A stretch of 63,149 bases of DNA, filler included, from Asterionella formosa (Eukaryota), in the NCBI GenBank assembly GCA_002256025.1. It is 11 parts of 11 records of this genome, joined end to end, with 100 filler letters (N's around TTAATTAATTAA, not from the genome) between each part and the next. Parts side by side here need not be neighbours in the genome. Positions count along the whole stretch, not along the records: positions 1 to 26,900 come from NKIB01001620.1; 10 more parts are not named here. The stretch is one strand, 5' to 3'. Made by a program: the position numbers and the translations under genes. This document shows positions 13,376 to 25,041 of this stretch, in pieces (positions within the stretch are counted from its first letter, which is position 1; each line of letters begins with the position of its first letter). The notes beneath the pieces were generated by a model. That model had not been told where the DNA came from, searched no databases, and was given only the letters and a program-made list of their open reading frames with translations.

Positions 13376-16221
13376 GGGCGATCTTAATAGAGATAAAATA
13401 TTTTCTTTTCTTTAAAAAAAAGTCGAATCATTGTGATAGAGATACATTTCACAAATATATGTCAGTAACGGCAAAACAGTTAGTTATTTTGTGGCTCCGC
13501 AAACATGTGCATCAGTCTCAGCAAAATCTAGTGTAATGAAGCGCTTCAATTTTATAACCTGTCCAAAGAGCATCATTACTTAAATGACAATGGCCAATCT
13601 ACTGAAAGAACCTGATAGTTGGAATGTCATTGACACATTTGACTCAGATCAGGAAATAGAAGATCAACAGAGCTTTCTCTTTCGTTCTGCAGTTGCATTA
13701 TCAATTAAATTCCAAGCAAAAATGAACAAGCAGTGGCTAATGGATTTCTTGAAAAAAGCGAGCAGAAACTATTTCATGAATGCATTGGTGCTAAAGATGG
13801 TGACTGGGGTCCCCTTCGTGACCGGTTCCACAGAAAAGTGTTCGGATAAATCCTTCTTCTTTTTCTTTCCAAAATTTTCCGTTGCGTTCCATGGCCCAGA
13901 TAACAGGGCGGTGAAAGTTTCTATGGTGGTCACTCCCTTGTGGAGGATTCGCGTAAAAAATTTGTGCTGTCTTTGTTCTTATCCCTATCCGAGAGAACCG
14001 CATTTCCTGTATGCGGTCAAGGACCTGGATCTTAAATTTCGTTTGTTTTAATAGAGCCCTCGGTTTGCGTAGAGAAATGTCATTATCGGGTTCTTTTTCC
14101 TTTTTGTTATTTAAGCCCTGAAAAATGTACTAATTTTCGTTTGTCCCTTCGCCACCAATTTCCTTGAAGCTGCTACTAGAAATCGGCCACGCTCTAGGAA
14201 TCTTCTCTTTTTGTACAGTCTTGAGTTCAGTAGTATCTCTAGGTCTGTATTGAAAATATGACTATCTTGATGACTGATTTCACCTTTTTCCCGTATAGTT
14301 CTCGGATCCTCTTGCTTTCTGCCGATTGTGCTAGCTATTGTTGAGTTCCTGTCCTTGTGCAGGTCGTCATTCCCGGTTTTCCGTGCTTCTATAGTGATTT
14401 TCCAAGCAAAATTGCGATATTACTGTGCTTGCCCACCTGCTACCCTGATCCTGTGTCGTTACTCCTGTAAGACTGTTGGCTTGTTGGCTTACCGCATTTC
14501 TCCTTTTCGCGCTCAAAAAACCCATAACGCTACCTTAGAACCTAGTTGCTGTTGATACCTGACATCGTTAATGATAGCTTCCCTTATTGCTGTCGGTAAC
14601 TGTGAAGGTATTGTTGGCATGAAATCCCCTTCTTTGCAATCCAGCAAATTTTGTTGATATCTCTTGCTGCTTGTATGCGGTAGCAGAGTTTCGACATTAG
14701 TGATGTGAGCCTGATTACTTTATTGTAGAATGATTATGAATTTCGACAGACTAGAATATGTTCATTGTCTTTTTGAGGTCACAATAGGACATTCACCTTT
14801 TCCATCATACATCAGTTTTCAGCGGTCGCCATAAGGAAGCTGTCCATGAAGAAATTTGGTGAGAAATGTTTTCGTTCCATGTGTTTGTGATTTGTATGCT
14901 CCCTCAAAGCTATCCCAATCCAGATCCTCCATCATTTCAGGTCTTAACGCATATTTTTTCCGAAATATTTGAATTCGCTCTCCAAATGTATGAGTATGAG
15001 TGACTATGAGAATGTGCACGAACATCTGGTTCCCATATTAGTTTCAAATGTTAAGTTTTTAAAATACTTGGAGCATATTCTGGGTCTATGTGAGGAAAGT
15101 TGTAGAGCTTTAATTGATTTTAAAAACAGAAATCGAGGTAATTCAAGAATAGGTGCTAGTGAATAACAAAGAGATGAGAGACCCACAAGAATTGACAAGA
15201 GACTAATGGAGATAGAGCAAAATTACCAAAATCCATCCGGCAGCATTATTCATGTGATGAATGCTCTGACAAATTCTTGGAAAGACACAATGAAACAAAC
15301 AAAGGAGAAGAAATAATCCAGGTTCTGGACCCAGCTGCAAGACAAGAGTTATTCATGGACCCGGCTACAACCACTCCTGATGGCAAATTTTTTACAAGTC
15401 TCCTGCATGAGGAAGTGACCACCACAAAACTCTCCACATCCCAACCACGTTTTTCTGGACCATGGAGCGCAATGAATATGATCCTGTAGCTAGCTAGGCT
15501 AGTATGGCACTAATGCGCTTTAAAATTATTGAATGATAAAATATTGGCAGGGACCAGAGATGAAAAAGGAAATAATTGGGAAGGAAATAATTTGGAATCT
15601 GTACTAGAATCATTGGCAATATCTTCTCTGCTGGTAGAAGTGTAATAGTTATGGCCTTTTTTTCTGTATCTGAAGACTTTGAAGTAAGCACAAACATGCC
15701 GAAGTTGTTGCAGAGATGAGATATCTGTTGAATGGGCATTTTGTTTATCATGGTCAATCATCTTTTGCTGTTAACAAAAAATCAGCACTTGCAACCCACT
15801 GGTCATCCATTTTCTTTGGGACAGTAACTTTCATTGTTTGAAAAATCAAATGATGCCATGAGAAGTCTCAGGAGCAGCAACAACAATTTCAACTCATTAA
15901 TCTTGCAATTGTTTATAAGTCATGAAAAGTAAATCAGTAATTACATGAGAAGCAATAACAATTGCTGTGCATCCTCCCACCCAAGAATCATTTCTGTTGT
16001 TGCCATTAGAGATAGAAATGTTGTCTTTGTTGAATAATTCAATTACATGGCATATACTAAATTTAAAAAATTAGTGATTCTTTATGCTATATCTGCAGCA
16101 ATAAACACACATAAACATTTCCGAGCAACAAAAATGTGTTACTGGAAGCAACATTTCATCCAGAAGTGTGAGATAAGAGATATGGGTCCTGGCAACATTT
16201 TTTCCATTTTGTATCTCTGTT
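13376..16221 (+). mobile_element. Degenerate PIF/Harbinger element (copy 2), interrupted by a LINE
   Basis: Left end GGGCGATCTTAATAGAGATA matches the TIR at 39284 (reverse complement GGGCCAATCTTAACAGAGATA). A partial right TIR, ATTTTGTATCTCTGTT, is at 16206-16221. The transposase N-terminus at 13584 (DSW.VID...QQSFL..AVALS) resumes at about 14985 (CMSMSDY..LVP.LVSNV). Companion ORF 15510-15761(-) is homologous to 36153-36704. Confidence 0.7.
13806..14985 (-). mobile_element. LINE ORF2 3' fragment nested in the Harbinger element
   Basis: EDLDWDSFEGAY...TFLTKFLHGQLPYGDR is followed by a frameshifted CP(I)C...EHILVC zinc knuckle and a QQLG motif. Boundaries are approximate. Confidence 0.65.
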
Positions 16222-16312
16222 TTCTCAAATCATGATAACCTCCACCAGCATATAGACTAAACTACAAGTGTACCCAGGTACTAGGGCCCTAAACACCATT
16301 ATACCAAAATCT

Positions 16313-18719
16313 TTAGCTAGCTGGATATTGAAGTCTTTCATCAAGACCAACACGATTGTTCCTCCCTGGTGGATAAAAGTCATCATGGGTTTTCCTCGTG
16401 ATTCTTGTAATGGAATTGCTGGTGGACATTTCACCTGAATCACAACTGGCATCACGACTGTTACTCACATAGTAGTTAAGTATTCTGGAGGTTGCAGGAC
16501 TTCCAGCATCAATCACATGGCCTTCATCGGTCTTTCGGGCTATTAACAAATGGTCCTTGACGTCAATAGCAAGTTTCTTTCCGAGTTCCACCCCCCACTG
16601 ATCGAAGGAGTTGATGTCCCAGATGAAGCCCTGAACCGCCGTTCGATGCTCGTAGATAGCAAGTAATTGGCCAGTGGCATAAGCAGTCAGTTTCGGGAGG
16701 AGAAGCGAGGTACTGGGCCGGTTGCCCTTAAATGTTCTGTGAGGAACCAACTCCTCTTTGCAGCCTTCTGCACGCACTTCTTCCTCTGTCTTTCCCTTGG
16801 CAAGAGCATCGGGTTGCGCAAAGAAATTAGCCATTAATTCGTCATGGGCAGACAAGCTCTCGCCGTCTAAACAAAGATCATGTTGGCTCTGTACGAACCC
16901 TATGAAATCACACGGAACTGTTTGGCCCATGTGTAAGAGTTGGAAGAAGGAATGTTGACCGTTTGTTCCGGGTTCACCAAAATCGATTTCACCGACAGGA
17001 TAATCAACTTCAAGGTTATGCCTTGTCATGCATTTTCCATTTGATTCCATGTCAAGCTGCTGGATATGTGCCGGCAACTTGAGAAGGGCTTCCGCATATG
17101 GAAGGGCAGTTCTGGTGTTATATCCCAAGAACGACATATTCCAAACTCCTAGCAATCCCAAAATAATTGGAATGTTCTTGTCCATAGGAGCAGTCATGAA
17201 ATGCTCATCAATGGATTTGGCTCCCTGCAAAATAAATCCAGTGAGTGCATTCTTGATAGCGACAAGCATAAAATAGGACTTGCCGTGGTAAAATGAGAAA
17301 ACCATATCTGAAACATGATGAACATACCTGAAGAAACTTTTCGAACAATTCATACCCGTAAAGTAAACTAATGGGCACAGCACCTGCGGCGCTGCACACA
17401 CTGTACCGACCACCCACCCAATCCCAAAATCTGAAAAAATAGTTCTCGGTATCAATCCCAAATGCGGCCACCTTGTCTGTCGCTGACACTGACGCACAGG
17501 CCACAATATGTTTGCGCACAACTTCCTTGTCATTTCCCATGAAATCCCACAACCATTGCCGCATCGTGCGTGCATTCAGCATGGTTTCTGCTGTCGTAAA
17601 GGTTTTGCTGACAATGACAATCAAAGTTTCTTCTGGGTCCAAATCTGCGCAAGTTCGTTCCACATCAACGGGGTCAACGTTGGACAAGAAACGAAGTGAA
17701 TACCCAAGGGCAGAGTTGATGCCTTCTGGCTCCGTCTTCAAGACTTCGTGCAAAAACTCTGGTCCTAAATACGATCCACCAATACCGACTGACACGATGT
17801 TTCGAAGTCTCTTTCCCGTGTATCCTAAAATTTCCCCGGATCGTACGCCATCCGTAAAGTACTTGATTTGATCCAAAACTTGATGAACCTCCTCAATAAC
17901 ATTGACGCCATCAACAATGACAGGAGGATTGTTTCGATCCGTCCGAAGGGCTGTATGTAAAACAGCTCGATCTTCGGTGAAATTAATCTTTTCGCCGTTG
18001 ACCATGGCAGCAATACGACCCTCCAAGTCTTGCTTGTTGGCTAAATCTAGCAGCAATTGCATCGTTTCGGCAGTCACTTGCTGTCTCGAGTAATCTACAT
18101 AGACGCCATCGTGTGTTGCCACCATGTTGTCACACCTTGTTTTGTCTTTCAAAAAGTCTCTTAAATGTAGTCGCTGAATGGTCTCGGCATGTTTGACAAG
18201 TCGCTTCCATTCCGCCGAAGCGGATATGAGTTGAGGTCGTTTGAATACGGAAGCAAGAAAGTTGGAAACTGGGTTTGAATTTGTAGATAGCTTCGATGCG
18301 TCTGATGATGCAGTGGTATCCGAATGTTCTGTCATGTGTTGATTAATGAGCCTTAATGTGGCTTGATGATGGTGTTGCCATGCAACGCCAGGGATAAAGC
18401 GCGGTGGGAGCTGAAAGTTAATTGAGTGGGCATTTCCGTGATTGTTGCTATTAGTGTTGCCTTCCATGTGGTCGCTATTGTCATCAAAAATGGGCTTCGA
18501 CACTGATTCAAACGAAAATCGAGACCTAGGCTTCGTCGCCGGTGACACTGTGTCCCAATCCTGATCCAACGGTCGAACCAATAGTTGGCTCTTGACACTG
18601 CAATGTGAATTAAGTGCACACGCTGACCTTTTCCGTGATGACGATAAGCTGTTCACAGGGAAAGAAGGAGAAAGGAGGATGAATGTGAAGGCAGTAGTGA
18701 GAAAAGCGAAGGTCCTCAT
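16313..18719 (-). CDS. GPI: Glucose-6-phosphate isomerase, probably plastid/endomembrane-targeted; exons 18719-17328 and 17224-16313
   Basis: Motifs INFTEDRAVLH, GIGGSYLGP, SKTFTTAET, DWVGGRYSV, QQLDMESNGK, GTNGQHSFFQL and FDQWGVELGK. A 103-nt GTATGT...TTGCAG intron joins the two ORFs in frame. The N-terminus has a hydrophobic signal and a Ser-rich transit-like segment. Confidence 0.95.
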
Positions 18720-19842
18720 GGTGGATTTTGCGTGGAAATAAATACATGATGCACCAAATGACAAGTCGCTGGCATGCTGTGCGGAGTCTAGTACGATTGC
18801 TGTTTTGCAGTGACGATGCAAGTCAGTTCATGCGTAAGAATAGCGGTGTCACTCGATTCGTGTTTTGATGCTTCCACCGTCAAACTGACACGCCAATATG
18901 CGCCAATGAGAAAGCGTTCCGATTCTGTGAAGCAATGAATCTTGACTCGTCCGTCTCGGTGCATGCTATAGGCGATTAATGCATAGAACCAGACCAATCC
19001 TCCTTGGCAATTGGAACGAATGAACAAGCGTACCCGCTTGCACACACCGCTTCGAAGCACATCAAAATTCAAGTCTTTCGCCCACACGCGGCATCAGATA
19101 AAGTGACTCTACTTATTCCTCCCTACTTCTGACACGTAGCGAATCGGGATGTCTCACCTTGACACCCTCCAAATGAGTGCTGCCAATATGATGGTTGAAG
19201 GGAAAAGCAAGGACTGCCTTATGGGCGATATTCTAACCATCATTTTGAAAAGCCGTCGATCAACGCTCTAGATGCGCAATGGAAACAAATGTAATATCAA
19301 GCCACTCTCGGTCTCCGGCTGAACGAGGATCACAAATCTCACAAATCCACCAATGATGCTGTACATATACAGTATACTGGTTTTTCAAATGATACCTGAA
19401 GAATATATGAGAATACACCCAGATACCGGTACCAGGTGGTACAAGGAACCCTGGATTAACATGTACCTGGTACCAGGGTACAGGTTCGCTGCTGAGCTAG
19501 TTCCAGTGACAAGTTCAAGAGTGACGCTGGTGCGTGTTAGCGCCAAAACGAGCGAGCGAAGAAAGCATCTGCCGAGGACTCGTTCGAATGAAACTGAAAC
19601 TTGAAGTCAACAGGTTAGGGATACGTGAGATATCGAGACACCTGGAGGGCCGAGGATCAAGGCAGATTAAGCACCCCGACCATGATACTCCTTATAAAAT
19701 CAAAACGCTGAATGAACCACACTAGATTTGTTTTTCTGACGGTAGAAGCACGACTGCAAAGAAGCTATTGGACGCAACCAGATAGATTCTCTACAGGTAC
19801 TGCCGTCATACACTTTTTTAACCTTATTTATTATAAGTCAAA

Positions 19843-21549
19843 ATGAGGAACACACCGCAATCACTCCTCAGTGCTGTCACGGTAGCACTATGCATGGCAC
19901 CTGCGCTGGCGTTCACGCCACTGAAGCACTCCGCTCCTCGCAGTCAAACATCCCTCCGTATGACTACTGATGTTGATTGTCTTGTCGTCGGGGCCGGGAT
20001 CTCAGGATCCACTCTCGCACACAACCTGAACAGAGCAGGCGTACCCGTCATTCTTGCCGAAGCTCGGGATTACGTAGGAGGAAACGTCAAGTCTCACAAG
20101 ACGGACGATGGATTCATTTGGGAAGAAGGACCCAACTCATTCGCCACACAACCCAGTATCGTACGGATCGCATGCGAACTTGGCATTCAGGACCAACTCG
20201 TCTTTGCGGACGAAGCCCTCCCGCCGTGGGTAAATCATAATGGCAAGCTTCATCCCCTTCCCAAGGGACAAGGTGGAAAGGGACCGGCAGGACAACTCGA
20301 ACTTATTTTTGGTCCCAACGGAGTTTTGAAATTTGCTCTGACAGGAGCACTGCTCTCGTGGCCGGGACGAATCAGGGCAGGTATTGGAGCCTTCATCGGA
20401 CATGCTCCCCCGCTGGAAGGAAAGGACGAAACTATCCGAGAGTGGGTCACTCGCATTCTCGGAGAAGAGGTTTTCTTGCGTTGTATTGATCCATTTGTAT
20501 CTGGGGTTTATGCTGGGAATCCAGAAACACTATCTATGAAAGCTGCCTTATCAAAAATTGCACGAATTGAGGAGTATTCATATGCCCTTGAATGGAATAA
20601 ACTTGGAGCCATTTTTTACGGTGGGCTGGCAAGACAGGTTGAACTTACCAAAGAGCGAAAGGCAGAACCTCCGGATGCCGCTTGGCCTGAATTTGAGTAT
20701 GGAAACCCTGGTTCGTTCAAGGAAGGTTTATCGACGCTTCCCAACGCCATTTCTGACTCCCTCGGGGATAAGGTTAAGTTACAGTGGAAAATTACGAAGA
20801 TCGAAAAGTCGGCCGACGGGTATGTTGCTATATTTGACACACCCACGGGAATTCAAAAAGTTCGCGCCAAAACGTTGGTGTCGACCATTCCAGCACATGC
20901 ACTCAAGGATGTGCTTTCTCCTGTTATGCCAGAAGCATCCGCCATCTTCGAAAAGGTCCGGTCGGAGATCAAGCGGATCGGCATTTATCATCCACCTGTA
21001 GCTGCTGTCACCGTCGCTTACCCCAAGTCGTCCTTTAAAGACATTGAGCTTCCCAACGGTTTTGGAAACTTACAAAGCCTTCCTGGCTTTGGCAGTCTCA
21101 ATCCACGGTCGGAGGGAGTACGAACACTTGGAACATTGTGGAGTTCTTCTCTCTTCCCTGGTCGCTGTCCCCCGGAATACAATCTTCTTTTAAATTACAT
21201 CGGTGGATCACGTGACACTGGCCTTGCTGACCTGTCAGAGGAAGAGATCATTGCCGAGGTGGACAAGGGCGTTCGAGATGTGCTCCTCAAGTCCGATGCC
21301 CCGCCACCAAAAGTGCTTGGCCTAAAAATATGGCCCACTGCTATTCCACAGTACGAATTGGGACATCTTGATATCATCAAAGAGCTTGAAGATGCCGAGG
21401 CCAAACTGCCCGGGCTTTGGGTTTGCGGCAACTATCGTTCTGGTGTTGCTTTCCCCGATTGTGTCACCTTTGGTTACGACCATGCCAAGGTCGTTCAGGA
21501 GTTTCTTGAGAATGCAGCAATGCCTAAACCGACTGCACAAATTAGATGA
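19843..21549 (+). CDS. PPOX: Protoporphyrinogen IX oxidase (HemY/PPOX type), plastid-targeted
   Basis: FAD-binding VVGAGISG, plus WEEGPNSF, FVSGVYAGNP, TLGTLWSSSLFPGR and AIPQYELGH. Bipartite presequence with ALA-FTP (ASAFAP-like) cleavage. No introns. Confidence 0.95.
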   Translation: MRNTPQSLLSAVTVALCMAPALAFTPLKHSAPRSQTSLRMTTDVDCLVVGAGISGSTLAHNLNRAGVPVILAEARDYVGGNVKSHKTDDGFIWEEGPNSFATQPSIVRIACELGIQDQLVFADEALPPWVNHNGKLHPLPKGQGGKGPAGQLELIFGPNGVLKFALTGALLSWPGRIRAGIGAFIGHAPPLEGKDETIREWVTRILGEEVFLRCIDPFVSGVYAGNPETLSMKAALSKIARIEEYSYALEWNKLGAIFYGGLARQVELTKERKAEPPDAAWPEFEYGNPGSFKEGLSTLPNAISDSLGDKVKLQWKITKIEKSADGYVAIFDTPTGIQKVRAKTLVSTIPAHALKDVLSPVMPEASAIFEKVRSEIKRIGIYHPPVAAVTVAYPKSSFKDIELPNGFGNLQSLPGFGSLNPRSEGVRTLGTLWSSSLFPGRCPPEYNLLLNYIGGSRDTGLADLSEEEIIAEVDKGVRDVLLKSDAPPPKVLGLKIWPTAIPQYELGHLDIIKELEDAEAKLPGLWVCGNYRSGVAFPDCVTFGYDHAKVVQEFLENAAMPKPTAQIR

Positions 21550-23944
21550 AGACAATTGCAGCTAGATATGGATTAGAGGGAATACTCTTAATAAAACAAT
21601 TTTTTTTATTCTGTGAAGATTGATGAAGTCAGTCTATACAGTAGTCTGGTAGATAGTAGCTCCCACCCAGAATGATGTTTCTGCTTTTTTCTAAGCACTA
21701 TAATAAATGGTCTAAAGTGGTTCAGGATTCTAATTTTTGTTCATGTATTCATTACATACTGTTGTGTACTGTATACCATTGATATGCTGTGTTGTAGGAG
21801 TATACATCTAGATAGGATTGGAAAAATATCGGCAACATGGCTGTATTCGGGATCTTTCCGGCTCATGAGGCTGATTTCAGTCTCTCTTTGAGGCTAAACA
21901 TAGAAAACCCTGATGTCACTTTCACTTTCCTTTAACTTTAGATACATCGTTGGATATTATTACTTTTTCTCATGAATAAAGGGCTATACATGTCAAGGGA
22001 AAAAATTTAGATTGCTAATATTTAGTCATGTGAAAGTCACAACAGGAAAAATTCCACAGTCACAGATCAGTATGGACTAGAAGGACTAAATAATGCTTTC
22101 ATGGAATGGTGTAAACAACAATCAACTCATCAAAACAAACCCAATAGACGCACAACATCACTTTCTTTCACATCTGGAATCAAATGTAGATTCTTCTGAG
22201 AAACGTTTTTAACGTCAGCAAATACTAGCACACAGCCAGTTGGGCCCTTGTACTCCCATTGAATGGAAGATTTTGGAATAACCATGATATCGAGGAGTCG
22301 GCTGGTTGATTGAACAGGTAAATTCTCTCCTTTAATCATGCTTTGAAAGCTTGGATTCTTCTTCTGGAAACTTTTCTTGTAAATATTGCATACAAATTTG
22401 ATCAAAGTATGCATCTTTCAAACCTTGTCGACTAAGAAGTTTGTGCAAATCTTTGGTGATTTTTTAACTAATACTAGAAATGATAGTGTTGCGAATTTGT
22501 TCGTTAACTCCTGCGTCTTTCTCCACAAGGTATCACCTGTTATGACCTATTTATCCTTGGAACCCCAAGCATACCGTAATTGCGGCTGTAAGGTGCTGGC
22601 ACTGCATTTATCATCCTCAAGGTCGTCATCCAGAATTCTAAAATAGCAGTCAGCAGTATCTCGAATTTTCTTCTCTTCCCTCCTAGACTCAAATCTGTGG
22701 TGAATTTTGCACCCAAGAGTGAATATAATGGCAATCTGCACACCATGAAGTATGTGCACTTGAATGGGACCCCTATCCAATATCGAACTTAGTTGCAAAA
22801 GGAATGCTCCTCCTCACTTGAGCACTCAGTTGGTCCTTTAGTCGCCATAGGGACGGCATATGCATGTGAAGGCCAATAATTGCAACAACAGCAATGATGA
22901 CTAATGTTAAATGTTGATGATTTTCATTATACTAATTACAATCAATATGCATACGACGAATGAGACTACCATATATTTATTTAGAAAATATGTATCAAAA
23001 CACGATGTTGGTTCATTTGACTTCTTATGGTTTGATGTAGTACTGGTATTATTTTTTACCTTACGGATTATAAGGCAGGAGGCAGCCAATTAAACTTCCC
23101 GAATACAAAATACGAAGATTTTGCCATGATAGAATCTCGATCTTTGTGGTATTTTTTGCACCTTACACGATACTTTGGTCTTGTTATGTAATATGCATAC
23201 CAGTAGACATACTGTTTTAAGGTTACTACCGGTACCGCATTTGAATCCCTAGGCAAAAATTATAATATGGTTTAGGGTTGCTGAATTTCCTGGGAATTGG
23301 GAACTTGTAGGTGCTAATCCTGAATAACAATGATCCTGTTGGAATTATTTTTAAGTTATTTGAAATTGTCATGTGCGCAATGTACAATAGTTATTATGAT
23401 TAAAATTCCTTCACAAGATTCCTATTCTGATGAGGACGTTTCGGCAAACATTGATTCTGATTAGAATAATTTGGCAATGGTTGGAAATGCCAATTTTGTC
23501 GACTTGCTTTCGGATGATGATTGCTCGGCATTTTTGGGGTTCATAGGAGAATTAAATATATAGGCAAGCTTCAAAATGCATCAGTATATAACTTCTGGTG
23601 AGAATAAGTGCAGAAAGGAGCTTTTAGTTTTTTTGCTGTGCATGCCAAATAAACCGATTTCCCCCAAATTTTCCATTCTTTTTAGTAAAAAAAACCGAGG
23701 TGCCTTCCTGCACTTTCTTGCCAGATCCTACTAACATATATATATCCTGACGCTAAATAGATTTGACCTAAACTACCAGTACCCATCCCCCTCTGAGCAA
23801 TGACCATATCTCACTGTTTGGAAAGGATGCCAAATGGTGAAAGCATTGAAAAGTCTGTGTTTGATTACTCTGAATCAATTGTTTTTTAAACCCTAGCCTC
23901 GAGCAAGGTTTTCAGATTTAGGAACCTCACGTAAAACAACGTTC

Positions 23945-24830
23945 TATGTACCAGGGGTACTGGTACCAGGTACTGTCACTCTACCGGGTACCGGTACGCA
24001 CATACATATTTGCATTGATCTTGATATACCGGTAGCTGCCTGTGTACCGGTTGACTACAATGTAAGTAAGATAACAATAAATCATTATGAAGAACAACTG
24101 TACACACCAGGATGACTGTGCAGGTGATGCTTGCTTTATTTTTATTTTTTGAATATATGAAATGCGCGCCATTTATGATACTTGGCTTGTGACAGGACGA
24201 CTGCCTTATGGACATCATGCAAAGTGTACACGAATATGGCACATGACTAGCTCGAGCCGAAGAAAGATTCCTTCAATTCAAACAATGATTTTCGGAATTG
24301 TGAATGCGAATCTTCGTGTAGGTCTAGATTCGTAATGACTACCGGGACAGTATTAACCAGGTAACAGGTACCTGGTAGCCGATACGTATGGACAAAGACA
24401 GGATTTACGATGTTCACAGTTTATATTCTTGTATATACCGGCGAGTATGCAGCTGGACCTTCTGTCCATACTACCGGTAACTATGATACATTAAGCGTCC
24501 CTTGTCCATGGTTAGGTACTGGTACCTGGTACCAGTACTGTTACCAGGAGGACAGTGTACAGTACCAGGGTACCACCGTGGTGCAGCCAAACAGCCAATA
24601 TATCAATCATACTACCTGGTACCTGGTACCCTGGTACCAGGGTACCGGTAATTACGATTGTTCCTCACCAACACCACAGACTGGCTGAGGTACCAGTAAT
24701 ACCGAATATTGGTACCGGTGCCGGTACCAGGGTACCAGGTTAAGACCCTGGTACCTGGTACTACCTGGTCTCAATACCAGGCACCTGTGAGTACCTGGTA
24801 CCAGCTACCGGTACATTGTTATCCGGCAGC
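23945..24830. repeat. Dense GGTACC / TACCWGGTA motif cluster
   Basis: About 14 GGTACC hexamers by eye within 24360-24805, in units such as TACCTGG, TACCAGG, TACCGG and TACCAGGG. Similar smaller clusters occur elsewhere in the window. Confidence 0.85.
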
Positions 24831-25041
24831 CGTGCTTTTTGGCTGCCGCTTGTTTTCCCATGGCTGATTTTAGCTACCGGTATGCACATGTACTGTATGT
24901 ACACTGTACATCATACATACAAGCAAATGGATCAGAAACCGGTAGTCTACATACGTATACGTTTGAAAGGAACCGGTAATTGAGTTTGAACACCTAAAAT
25001 GGAACGAGGTGTATTTTTGATTTTATCCATTGATTCCGAGA

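Noticed and set aside
19977..21565. Overlapping and antisense ORFs within PPOX (likewise within GPI, SQD2, the kinase and MED14)
   Set aside because: Shadow ORFs of real coding sequence with no recognisable motifs.
24410..24743. ORFs rich in VPGT/WYQG/YLVP
   Set aside because: These are translations of the GGTACC arrays, with no evidence of coding function.
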